From the NCBI RefSeq assembly GCF_009914755.1, contig NC_060948.1: DNA of 64,000 bases; one strand, given 5' to 3'. A program made the position numbers and the translations under genes. This document shows, piece after piece, positions 10,709 through 24,914 of the stretch (the stretch's first letter is position 1; each line of letters begins with the position of its first letter). This stretch comes from the human T2T-CHM13v2.0 reference genome, Homo sapiens. A model generated the notes under the pieces. The model did no database searches. It was given only the letters and a program-made list of their open reading frames with translations, and was not told where the DNA came from.

Positions 10709-13700
10709 GTATTAGAATGTAATGAACATTAATGGAATGTACTCGAATGGATTCGACTGGAATGGAATGTTCTGGAAGTGAATGGACTCCAATGGAATGG
10801 ATTCGAAAGGAATGGAATCGAACGGAATGGAATCTAATGGAATGGAATTAAATGGAAATGAATCAAATTGAATAGCACGGAATTGAATTGAATGGAATGG
10901 AATGCAATGGAATCTAATGAAACGGAAAGGAAAGGAATGGAATGGAATGGAATGGGCTGGAATGGAAAGGAATCGAAACGAATGGAATGGAATCGAACTG
11001 AAGAGACTGGAATGGAATGCACTGGAATGGAAGGGAGTGTAATGGAAGGTTCTCGAAAATAATGGAAGCAAATGGAATGGAATTGAATGGAACGGAATAG
11101 AGTCGAATGGAATTGAATGGAATGGAATGGACTAGAGTGAAATGGAATCGAACCACAAGGAATGGACAGGAATAGAATGGTCTCGAATTGAATGGAATCG
11201 TATGGAATGGCATCAAACGGAATGGAATGGACAGCCACGGAATGGAATGCACTCGAATGCAATGGAGTCGAAACTAATGGACTGGAATAGAATGGACTCG
11301 ACTGGTACGGACTCCAATGGAATGGAATCGAATGGAAGGGATTCGAACGGAATGGACTCGAAGGGAAAAGACTGCAATGGATAGGTCTCGAATGGAATGG
11401 AAATTAATGGAATGGAATGGAATCGAATGAAATGGAGTCAAAAGGAATGGAATCGAATGGCAAGAAATCGAATGTAATGGAATCGCAAGGAATTGATGTG
11501 AACGGAACGGAATGGAATGGAATCCAAAGGAATGGAATAGAATGGAATGGAATCGAATGGAAAGGACTCGAATGGAAATCACTCGAATAGAATGAAATTT
11601 AATAAAATAGGATCAAATGTAATTGAATGGAATGGAAAGGAATCGAAACGAAAGGAATGGAGACAGATGGAATGGAATGGAACAGAGAGCAATGGTATAG
11701 AATGGAATGGAATCATCTGGAATGGAATTGAATGGAATGGAATAATATGAAATGGAATGGAATGGAATGGAATGGAATGCCCTTGAATTAAATGGACTGG
11801 AATGGAATGGACTCGAACAGAGTGGAATGGAAAGTGTTGAGATAGAATGGAATGGACTCCTTTGGAATGGTCTAGTATGCAATGCAATCGACTGGCAGGG
11901 AATCAAAAGGAATGTAATCGAATGGATTAGACTGGAATGCAATGGACTCGAATAGATTGGAAACGGAATGCAAAGGAATGGAATGGAATAGTATGGAATG
12001 GAATGGAAAGGAATGGAGTGGAATAGACTAGAGTGGAATGGAATGGACTGGAAAGCAATGGACTGGAATGGAACTTTCTTGAATGGACTGGAATCAAACG
12101 GAATGGAATGCAATGCAATCAAATGGCATGGAATAAAATAGAATGAAAGAGAATCAAATGGAATTGAATCGAATGGAATCGAATGGATTGGAAAGGAATA
12201 GAATGGAATGGAATGGAATGGACTCAAATGGAATGGACTAGAATGGAATGGATTCGAATGGAAGGCAAAGGAATGGAATCTATTGGAATGGACTGTAATG
12301 GAATGGAATGGAAGGGATTGGAATGGACTCGAATGGAATGGACTGCAATAGAAAGGATTCGAATGGAATGAAAAAGAATTGAATGGAATAGAACAGAATG
12401 GAATCAAATCGAATGAAATGGAATGGAATAGAAAGGAATGGAATGAAATGGAATGGAAAGGATTCGAATGGAATGCAATCGAATGGAATGGAATCGAACG
12501 GAATGGAATAAAATGGAAGAAAACTGGCAAGAAATGGAATCGAAATGAATGGAGTGTTATGGAACGGACTCAAAAGGAATTGAATGTAATAGAATGGAGT
12601 GGAGTGGACTCGAATATAATGGACTGGAATGGAATGAAATCACATGGAATGGGAACGAATGGAATGGAATGGAAAGGAATGGAATCGAATGGAAAGGAAT
12701 CGAATGGAAGGGAATGAAATTGAATCAACAGGAATGGAAGGGAATAGAATAGACGGTAATGGAATGGACTCGAATAGAATGGACACGAATGCTCAAATTG
12801 AATGGACTCGAATGGAATGGAAACGAAAGGAATGTCATCGAATGGAATTGAATCGATTGGAATGAAATCGCATAGAATGGAGTGGAATCAAATGGAATTG
12901 AATCGAAAGGAAAGGAAGCGAATGGACTGAAATGAAATGGAATGGAATTGAATGGAAAGTAATGCAATGGAATAGAATGGAACGAAATTTCACGGAATGG
13001 AATCAAACTGAATGGAATCAAATCAATGGAATCAAATCAAATGGAATGGAAAGGAATTGAATGGAGTAGATTGGATTGGATGGGATTGGAATGAAATGTA
13101 CTGGAAAGGACTCGAATTTCATGAAACGGAATGGAATGAATTGGAACGGAATGGACTCGAATGGAATGGAATGTCATGGAATGGCATCAAATGGAATGGC
13201 ATCAAATGGAATGGAATCGAATGCAATGGAATGCTATGGAATGGAATGGAATGCATTGGAATGGAATGTCCTCTAATGGAATGGATTCGAGTGGAATGGA
13301 ATCGAATATAATGGAGTCGAATGAAATGGAATTGAAAGGAATGGGATCGAATACAATGGAATATACTGGAATGTAATGTAATGAACTCGAATGTAATTGA
13401 CTGGAATGGAATGTACATGAATGGAATGTAATCGAATGGAAAGTAATCCAATGGAATAGAATCTAATGCAATAAAATCGACTCAGATAGAGTAGAATGTA
13501 ATGGAATGGAGTGCAGTGCAATGGAATGGAATGGAATGGAATGCAATGGAATGGAATGGAATGGAACGGAATGGAATGGAATGGGATGGAATGGTACGGA
13601 ATGGACAGTAATGGACTGGAATGAAATGGACTGGAAAAGAATGGACTCAAATTGAAAGGGCTCGAAAGGAATGGAGTCAAATGGAATAGTCTGGAATGGA

Positions 13701-14267
13701 ATGAACACGAATGTAATGCAATCCAATAGAATGGAATCGAATGGCATGGAATATAAAGAAATGGAATCGAAGAGAATGGAAACAAATGGAATGGAATTGA
13801 ATGGAATGGAATTGAATGGAATGGGAACGAATGGAGTGAAATTGTATGCAGTAGAAGAGAATAGAATGGAATGCAAGCGAAAGGAAAGGAATGGATTGCA
13901 ATGGAATGGAATTCATTGGAATGGAAGGGAATGTAGTGTAATGGACAGGCCTGGAATAAAGTGGAATGTTACGGTCTCGAATGGAATAAAAATGTATGGA
14001 ATGGAATGCAATGAAACGGAATCGAATGTCATAGAATGTAATGGAATGCAAAAAAATGGAATCCAAAATCATTGACTGGAAAGGCTGGGTGTCGAAAGGA
14101 ATTGACTCCAATGGAATGGAATCGAATGGAATGGAAGTGAATAGAATCGAACTAAATCGAATGGAATGGAATTGATAGGAACGGAATGGAAAGGAATGCA
14201 ATGATTTGGCATGGAATGCAATCGAATGGCATCGAATGGAATGGAATGGAATGCAATGGAATGGAAT
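10709..14267 (+). repeat. Unit 4 (3559 bp), first of the 'ATAATGGAAGCAA' subfamily
   Basis: Landmarks 10709/14268. Subfamily marker at ~11059-11071. Confidence 0.92.
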
Positions 14268-17200
14268 GTATTAGAATGTAATGAACATTAATGGAATGTA
14301 CTCGAATGGATTCGACTGGAATGGAATGTTCTGGAAGTGAATGGACTCCAATGGAATGGATTCGAAAGGAATGGAATCGAACGGAATGGAATCTAATGGA
14401 ATGGAATTAAATGGAAATGAATCAAATTGAATAGCACGGAATTGAATTGAATGGAATCGAATGCAATGGAATCTAATGAAACGGAAAGGAAAGGAATGGA
14501 ATGGAATGGAATGGGCTGGAATGGAAAGGAATCGAAACGAATGGAATGGAATCGAACTGAAGAGACTGGAATGGAATGCACTGGAATGGAAGGGAGTGTA
14601 ATGGAAGGTTCTCGAAAATAATGGAAGCAAATGGAATGGAATTGAATGGAACGGAATAGAGTCGAATGGAATTGAATGGAATGGAATGGACTAGAGTGAA
14701 ATGGAATCGAACCACAAGGAATGGACAGGAATAGAATGGTCTCGAATTGAATGGAATCGTATGGAATGGCATCAAACGGAATGGAATGGACAGCCACGGA
14801 ATGGAATGCACTCGAATGCAATGGAGTCGAAACTTATGGACTGGAATAGAATGGACTCGACTGGTACGGACTCCAATGGAATGGAATCGAATGGAAGGGA
14901 TTCGAACGGAATGGACTCGAAGGGAAAAGACTGCAATGGAAAGGTCTCGAATGGAATGGAAATTAATGGAATGGAATGGAATCGAATGAAATGGAGTCAA
15001 AAGGAATGGAATCGAATGGCAAGAAATCGAATGTAATGGAATCGGAAGGAATTGATGTGAACGGAACGGAATGGAATGGAATCCAAAGGAATGGAATAGA
15101 ATGGAATGGAATCGAATGGAAAGGACTCGAATGGAAATCACTCGAATGGAATGAAATTTAATAAAATAGGATCAAATGTAATTGAATGGAATGGAAAGGA
15201 ATCGAAACGAAAGGAATGGAGACAGATGGAATGGAATGGAACAGAGAGCAATGGTATAGAATGGAATGGAATCATCTGGAATGGAATTGAATGGAATGGA
15301 ATAATATGAAATGGAATGGAATGGAATGGAATGGAATGCCCTTGAATTAAATGGACTGGAATGGAATGGACTCGAACAGAGTGGAATGGAAAGTGTTGAG
15401 ATAGAATGGAATGGACTCTTTTAGAATGGTCTAGTATGCAATGCAATCGACTGGCAGGGAATCAAAAGGAATGTAATCGAATGGATTGGACTGGAATGCA
15501 ATGGACTCGAATAGATTGGAAACGGAATGCAAAGGAATGGAATGGAATAGTATGGAATGGAATGGAAAGGAATGGAGTGGAATAGACTAGAGTGGAATGG
15601 AATGGACTGGAAAGCAATGGACTGGAATGGAACTTTCTTGAATGGACTGGAATCAAACGGAATGGAATGCAATGCAATCAAATGGCATGGAATAAAATAG
15701 AATGAAAGAGAATCAAATGGAATTGAATCGAATGGAATCGAATGGATTGGAAAGGAATAGAATGGAATGGAATGGAATTGACTCAAATGGAATGGACTAG
15801 AATGGAATGGATTCGAATGGAAGGCAAAGGAATGGAATCTATTGGAATGGACAGTAATGGAATGGAATGGAAGGGATTGGAATGGACTCGAATGGAATGG
15901 ACTGCAATAGAAAGGATTCGAATGGAATGAAAAAGAATTGAATGGAATAGAACAGAATGGAATCAAATCGAATGAAATGGAATGGAATAGAAAGGAATGG
16001 AATGAAATGGAATGGAAAGGATTCGAATGGAATGCAATCGAATGGAATGGAATCGAACGGAATGGAATAAAATGGAAGAAAACTGGCAAGAAATGGAATC
16101 GAAATGAATGGAGTGTTATGGAACGGACTCAAAAGGAATTGAATGTAATAGAATGGAGTGGAGTGGACTCGAATATAATGAACTGGAATGGAATGAAATC
16201 ACATGGAATGGGAACGAATGGAATGGAATGGAAAGGAATGGAATCGAATGGAAAGGAATCGAATGGAAGGGAATGAAATTGAATCAACAGGAATGGAAGG
16301 GAATAGAATAGACGGTAATGGAATGGACTCGAATAGAATGGACACGAATGCTCAAATTGAATGGACTCGAATGGAATGGAAACAAAAGGAATGTCTTCGA
16401 ATGGAATTGAATCGATTGGAATGAAATCGCATAGAATGGAGTGGAATCAAATGGAATTGAATCGAAAGGAAAGGAAGCGAATGGACTGAAATGAAATGGA
16501 ATGGAATTGAATGGAAAGTAATGCAATGGAATAGAATGGAACGAAATTTCACGGAATGGAATCAAACTGAATGGAATCAAATCAATGGAATCAAATCAAA
16601 TGGAATGGAAAGGAATTGAATGGAGTAGATTGGATTGGATGGGATTGGAATGAAATATACTGGAAAGGACTCGAATTTCATGAAACGGAATGGAATGAAT
16701 TGGAACGGAATGGACTCGAATGGAATGGAATGTCATGGAATGGCATCAAATGGAATGGCATCAAATGGAATGGAATCGAATGCAATGGAATGCTATGGAA
16801 TGGAATGGAATGCATTGGAATGGAATGTCCTCTAATGGAATGGATTCGAGTGGAATGGAATCGAATATAATGGAGTCGAATGAAATGGAATTGAAAGGAA
16901 TGGGATCGAATACAATGGAATATACTGGAATGTAATGTAATGAACTCGAATGTAATTGACTGGAATGGAATGTACATGAATGGAATGTAATCGAATGGAA
17001 AGTAATCCAATGGAATAGAATCTAATGCAATAAAATCGACTCAGATAGAGTAGAATGTAATGGAATGGAGTGCAGTGCAATGGAATGGAATGGAATGGAG
17101 TGCAATGGAATGGAATGGAATGGAATGGGATGGAATGGTATGGAATGGATAGTAATGGACTGGAATGAAATGGACTGGAAAAGAATGGACTCAAATTGAA

Positions 17201-17811
17201 AGGGCTCGAAAGGAATGGAGTCAAATGGAATGGTCTGGAATGGAATGAACACGAATGTAATGCAATCCAATAGAATGGAATCGAATGGCATGGAATATAA
17301 AGAAATGGAATCGAAGAGAATGGAAACAAATGGAATGGAATTGAATGGAATGGAGTTGAATGGAATGGGAACGAATGGAGTGAAATTGTATGCAGTAGAA
17401 GAGAATAGACTGGAATGCAAGCGAAAGGAAAGGAATGGATTGCAATGGAATGGAATTCATTGGAATGGAAGGGAATGTAGTGTAATGGACAGGCCTGGAA
17501 TAAAGTGGAATGCTACGGTCTCGAATGGAATAAAAATGTATGGAATGGAATGCAATGAAACGGAATCGAATGTCATAGAATGTAATGGAATGCAAAAAAA
17601 TGGAATCCAAAATCATTGACTGGAAAGGCTGGGTGTCGAAAGGAATTGACTCCAATGGAATGGAATCGAATGGAATGGAAGTGAATAGAATCGAACTAAA
17701 TCGAATGGAATGGAATTGATAGGAACGGAATGGAAAGGAATGCAATGATTTGGCATGGAATGGAATCGAATGGCATCGAATGGAATGGAATGGAATGCAA
17801 TGGAATGGAAT
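14268..17811 (+). repeat. Unit 5 (3544 bp)
   Basis: Landmarks 14268/17812. Short (4-pentamer) variable tract. Confidence 0.92.
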
Positions 17812-20800
17812 GTATTAGAATGTAATGAACATTAATGGAATGTACTCGAATGGATTCGACTGTAATGGAATGTTCTGGAAGTGAATGGACTCCAATGGAA
17901 TGGATTCGAAAGGAATGGAATCGAACGGAATGGAATCTAATGGAATGGAATTAAATGGAAATGAATCAAATTGAATAGCACGGAATTGAATTGAATGGAA
18001 TGGAATGCAATGGAATCTAATGAAACGGAAAGGAAAGGAATGGAATGGAATGGAATGGGCTGGAATGGAAAGGAATCGAAACGAATGGAATGGAATCGAA
18101 CTGAAGAGACTGGAATCGAATGCACTGGAATCGAAGGGAGTGTAATGGAAGGTTCTCGAAAATAATGGAAGCAAATGGAATGGAATTGAATGGAACGGAA
18201 TAGAGTCGAATGGAATTGAATGGAATGGAATGGACTAGAGTGAAATGGAATCGAACCACAAGGAATGGACAGGAATAGAATGGTCTCGAATTGAATGGAA
18301 TCGTATGGAATGGCATCAATCGGAATGGAATGGACAGCCACGGAATGGAATGCACTCGAATGCAATGGAGTCGAAACTTATGGACTGGAATAGAATGGAC
18401 TCGACTGGTACGGACTCCAATAGAATGGAATCGAATGGAAGGGATTCGAACGGAATGGACTCGAAGGGAAAAGACTGCAATGGAAAGGTCTCGAATGGAA
18501 TGGAAATTAATGGAATGGAATGGAATCGAATGAAATGGAGTCAAAAGGAATGGAATCGAATGGCAAGAAATCGAATGTAATGGAATCGCAAGGAATTGAT
18601 GTGAACGGAACGGAATGGAATGGAATCCAAAGGAATGGAATAGAATGGAATGGAATCGAATGGAAAGGACTCGAATGGAAATCACTCGAATAGAATGAAA
18701 TTTAATAAAATAGGATCAAATGTAATTGAATGGAATGGAAAGGAATCGAAACAAAAGGAATGGAGACAGATGGAATGGAATGGAACAGAGAGCAATGGTA
18801 TAGAATGGAATGGAATCATCTGGAATGGAATTGAATGGAATGGAATAATATGAAATGTAATGGAATGGAATGGAATGGAATGCCCTTGAATTAAATGGAC
18901 TGGAATGGAATGGACTCGAACAGAGTGGAATGGAAAGTGTTGAGATAGAATGGAATGGACTCCTTTGGAATGGTCTAGTATGCAATGCAATCGACTGGCC
19001 GGGAATCAAAAGGAATGTAATCGAATGGATTAGACTGGAATGCAATGGACTCGAATAGATTGGAAACGGAATGCAAAGGAATGGAATGGAATAGTATGGA
19101 ATGGAATGGAAAGGAATGGAGTGGAATAGACTAGAGTGGAATGGAATGGACTGGAAAGCAATGGACTGGAATGGAACTTTCTTGAATGGACTGGAATCAA
19201 ACGGAATGGAATGCAATGCAATCAAATGGCATGGAATAAAATAGAATGAAAGAGAATCAAATGGAATTGAATCGAATGGAATCGAATGGATTGGAAAGGA
19301 ATAGAATGGAATGGAATGGAATTGACTCAAATGGAATGGACTAGAATGGAATGGATTCGAATGGAAGGCAAAGGAATGGAATCTATTGGAATGGACTGTA
19401 ATGGAATGGAATGGAAGGGATTGGAATGGACTCGAATGGAATGGACTGCAATAGAAAGGATTCGAATGGAATGAAAAAGAATTGAATGGAATAGAACAGA
19501 ATGGAATCAAATCGAATGAAATGGAATGGAATAGAAAGGAATGGAATGAAATGGAATGGAAAGGATTCGAATGGAATGCAATCGAATGGAATGGAATCGA
19601 ACGGAATGGAATAAAATGGAAGAAAACTGGCAAGAAATGGAATCGAAATGAATGGAGTGTTATGGAACGGACTCAAAAGGAATTGAATGTAATAGAATGG
19701 AGTGGAGTGGACTCGAATATAATGGACTGGAATGGAATGAAATCACATGGAATGGGAACGAATGGAATGGAATGGAAAGGAATGGAATCGAATGGAAAGG
19801 AATCGAATGGAAGGGAATGAAATTGAATCAACAGGAATGGAAGGGAATAGAATAGACGGTAATGGAATGGACTCGAATAGAATGGACACGAATGCTCAAA
19901 TTGAATGGACTCGAATGGAATGGAAACGAAAGGAATGTCATCGAATGGAATTGAATCGATTGGAATGAAATCGCATAGAATGGAGTGGAATCAAATGGAA
20001 TTGAATCGAAAGGAAAGGAAGCGAATGGACTGAAATGAAATGGAATGGAATTGAATGGAAAGTAATGCAATGGAATAGAATGGAACGAAATTTCACGGAA
20101 TGGAATCAAACTGAATGGAATCAAATCAATGGAATCAAATCAAATGGAATGGAAAGGAATTGAATGGAGTAGATTGGATTGGATGGGATTGGAATGAAAT
20201 GTACTGGAAAGGACTCGAATTTCATGAAACGGAATGGAATGAATTGGAACGGAATGGACTCGAATGGAATGGAATGTCATGGAATGGCATCAAATGGAAT
20301 GGCATCAAATGGAATGGAATCGAATGCAATGGAATGCTATGGAATGGAATGGAATGCATTGGAATGGAATGTCCTCTAATTGAATGGATTCGAGTGGAAT
20401 GGAATCGAATATAATGGAGTCGAATGAAATGGAATTGAAAGGAATGGGATCGAATACAATGGAATATACTGGAATGTAATGTAATGAACTCGAATGTAAT
20501 TGACTGGAATGGAATGTACATGAATGGAATGTAATCGAATGGAAAGTAATCCAATGGAATAGAATCTAATGCAATAAAATCGACTCAGATAGAGTAGAAT
20601 GTAATGGAATGGAGTGCAGTGCAATGGAATGGAATGGAATGGAATGCAATGGAATGGAAAGGAATGGAATGGAATGGAATGGAATGGGATGGAATGGTAT
20701 GGAATGGATAGTAATGGACTGGAATGAAATGGACTGGAAAAGAATGGACTCAAATTGAAAGGGCTCGAAAGGAATGGAGTCAAATGGAATGGTCTGGAAT

Positions 20801-21370
20801 GGAATGAACACGAATGTAATGCAATCCAATAGAATGGAATCGAATGGCATGGAATATAAAGAAATGGAATCGAAGAGAATGGAAACAAATGGAATGGAAT
20901 TGAATGGAATGGAATTGAATGGAATGGGAACGAATGGAGTGAAATTGTATGCAGTAGAAGAGAATAGACTGGAATGCAAGCGAAAGGAAAGGAATGGATT
21001 GCAATGGAATGGAATTCATTGGAATGGAAGGGAATGTAGTGTAATGGACAGGCCTGGAATAAAGTGGAATGCTACGGTCTCGAATGGAATAAAAATGTAT
21101 GGAATGGAATGCAATGAAACGGAATCGAATGTCATAGAATGTAATGGAATGCAAAAAAATGGAATCCAAAATCATTGACTGGAAAGGCTGGGTTTCGAAA
21201 GGAATTGACTCCAATGGAATGGAATCGAATGGAATGGAAGTGAATAGAATCGAAATAAATCGAATGGAATGGAATTGATAGGAACGGAATGGAAAGGAAT
21301 GCAATGATTTGGCATGGAATGGAATCGAATGGCATCGAATGGAATGGAATGGAATGCAATGGAATGGAAT
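17812..21370 (+). repeat. Unit 6 (3559 bp)
   Basis: Landmarks 17812/21371. Extra GGCC at 18997-19000. Confidence 0.92.
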
Positions 21371-24300
21371 GTATTAGAATGTAATGAACATTAATGGAAT
21401 GTACTCGAATGGATTCGACTGGAATGGAATGTTCTGGAAGTGAATGGACTCCAATGGAATGGATTCGAAAGGAATGGAATCGAACGGAATGGAATCTAAT
21501 GGAATGGAATTAAATGGAAATGAATCAAATTGAATAGCACGGAATTGAATTGAATGGAATCGAATGCAATGGAATCTAATGAAACGGAAAGGAAAGGAAT
21601 GGAATGGAATGGAATGGGCTGGAATGGAAAGGAATCGAAACGAATGGAATGGAATCGAACTGAAGAGACTGGAATGGAATGCACTGGAATGGAAGGGAGT
21701 GTAATGGAAGGTTCTCGAAAATAATGGAAGCAAATGGAATGGAATTGAATGGAACGGAATAGAGTCGAATGGAATTGAATGGAATGGAATGGACTAGAGT
21801 GAAATGGAATCGAACCACAAGGAATGGACAGGAATAGAATGGTCTCGAATTGAATGGAATCGTATGGAATGGCATCAAACGGAATGGAATGGACAGCCAC
21901 GGAATGGAATGCACTCGAATGCAATGGAGTCGAAACTTATGGACTGGAATAGAATGGACTCGACTGGTACGGACTCCAATGGAATGGAATCGAATGGAAG
22001 GGATTCGAACGGAATGGACTCGAAGGGAAAAGACTGCAATGGAAAGGTCTCGAATGGAATGGAAATTAATGGAATGGAATGGAATCGAATGAAATGGAGT
22101 CAAAAGGAATGGAATCGAATGGCAAGAAATCGAATGTAATGGAATCGCAAGTAATTGCTGTGAACGGAACGGAATGGAATGGAATCCAAAGGAATGGAAT
22201 AGAATGGAATGGAATCGAATGGAAAGGACTCGAATGGAAATCACTCGAATAGAATGAAATTTAATAAAATAGGATCAAATGTAATTGAATGGAATGGAAA
22301 GGAATCGAAACGAAAGGAATGGAGACAGATGGAATGGAATGGAACAGAGAGCAATGGTATAGAATGGAATGGAATCATCTGGAATGGAATTGAATGGAAT
22401 GGAATAATATGAAATGGAATGGAATGGAATGGAATGGAATGCCCTTGAATTAAATGGACTGGAATGGAATGGACTCGAACAGAGTGGAATGGAAAGTGTT
22501 GAGATAGAATGGAATGGACTCTTTTGGAATGGTCTAGTATGCAATGCAATCGACTGGCAGGGAATCAAAAGGAATGTAATCGAATGGATTGGACTGGAAT
22601 GCAATGGACTCGAATAGATTGGAAACGGAATGCAAAGGAATGGAATGGAATAGTATGGAATGGAATGGAAAGGAATGGAGTGGAATAGACTAGAGTGGAA
22701 TGGAATGGACTGGAAAGCAATGGACTGGAATGGAACTTTCTTGAATGGACTGGAATCAAACGGAATGGAATGCAATGCAATCAAATGGCATGGAATAAAA
22801 TAGAATGAAAGAGAATCAAATGGAATTGAATCGAATGGAATCGAATGGATTGGAAAGGAATAGAATGGAATGGAATGGAATTGACTCAAATGGAATGGAC
22901 TAGAATGGAATGGATTCGAATGGAAGGCAAAGGAATGGAATCTATTGGAATGGACAGTAATGGAATGGAATGGAAGGGATTGGAATGGACTCGAATGGAA
23001 TGGACTGCAATAGAAAGGATTCGAATGGAATGAAAAAGAATTGAATGGAATAGAACAGAATGGAATCAAATCGAATGAAATGGAATGGAATAGAAAGGAA
23101 TGGAATGAAATGGAATGGAAAGGATTCGAATGGAATGCAATCGAATGGAATGGAATCGAACGGAATGGAATAAAATGGAAGAAAACTGGCAAGAAATGGA
23201 ATCGAAATGAATGGAGTGTTATGGAACGGACTCAAAAGGAATTGAATGTAATAGAATGGAGTGGAGTGGACTCGAATATAATGAACTGGAATGGAATGAA
23301 ATCACATGGAATGGGAACGAATGGAATGGAATGGAAAGGAATGGAATCGAATGGAAAGGAATCGAATGGAAGGGAATGAAATTGAATCAACAGGAATGGA
23401 AGGGAATAGAATAGACGGTAATGGAATGGACTCGAATAGAATGGACACGAATGCTGAAATTGAATGGACTCGAATGGAATGGAAACAAAAGGAATGTCAT
23501 CGAATGGAATTGAATCGATTGGAATGAAATCGCATAGAATGGAGTGGAATCAAATGGAATTGAATCGAAAGGAAAGGAAGCGAATGGACTGAAATGAAAT
23601 GGAATGGAATTGAATGGAAAGTAATGCAATGGAATAGAATGGAACGAAATTTCACGGAATGGAATCAAACTGAATGGAATCAAATCAATGGAATCAAATC
23701 AAATGGAATGGAAAGGAATTGAATGGAGTAGCTTGGATTGGATGGGATTGGAATGAAATGTACTGGAAAGGACTCGAATTTCATGAAACGGAATGGAATG
23801 AATTGGAACGGAATGGACTCGAATGGAATGGAATGTCATGGAATGGCATCAAATGGAATGGCATCAAATGGAATGGAATCGAATGCAATGGAATGCTATG
23901 GAATGGAATGGAATGCATTGGAATGGAATGTCCTCTAATGGAATGGATTCGAGTGGAATGGAATCGAATATAATGGAGTCGAATGAAATGGAATTGAAAG
24001 GAATGGGATCGAATACAATGGAATATACTGGAATGTAATGTAATCAACTCGAATGTAATTGACTGGAATGGAATGTACATGAATGGAATGTAATCGAATG
24101 GAAAGTAATCCAATGGAATAGAATCTAATGCAATAAAATCGACTCAGATAGAGTAGAATGTAATGGAATGGAGTGCAGTGCAATGGAATGGAATGGAATG
24201 GAATGCAATGGAATGGAATTGAATGGAATGGGATGGAATGGTATGGAATGGATAGTAATGGACTGGAATGAAATGGACTGGAAAAGAATGGACTCAAATT

Positions 24301-24914
24301 GAAAGGGCTCGAAAGGAATGGAGTCAAATGGAATGGTCTGGAATGGAATGAACACGAATGTAATGCAATCCAATAGAATGGAATCGAATGGCATGGAATA
24401 TAAAGAAATGGAATCGAAGAGAATGGAAACAAATGGAATGGAATTGAATGGAATGGAATTGAATGGAATGGGAACGAATGGAGTGAAATTGTATGCAGTA
24501 GAAGAGAATAGACTGGAATGCAAGCGAAAGGAAAGGAATGGATTGCAATGGAATGGAATTCATTGGAATGGAAGGGAATGTAGTGTAATGGACAGGCCTG
24601 GAATAAAGTGGAATGCTACGGTCTCGAATGGAATAAAAATGTATGGAATGGAATGCAATGAAACGGAATCGAATGTCATAGAATGTAATGGAATGCAAAA
24701 AAATGGAATCCAAAATCATTGACTGGAAAGGCTGGGTGTCGAAAGGAATTGACTCCAATGGAATGGAATCGAATGGAATGGAAGTGAATAGAATCGAACT
24801 AAATCGAATGGAATGGAATTCATAGGAACGGAATGGAAAGGAATGCAATGATTTGGCATGGAATGGAATCGAATGGCATCGAATGGAATGGAATGGAATG
24901 CAATGGAATGGAAT
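21371..24914 (+). repeat. Unit 7 (3544 bp)
   Basis: Landmarks 21371/24915. Short variable tract and an extra GAATTC at 24816-24821. Confidence 0.92.
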
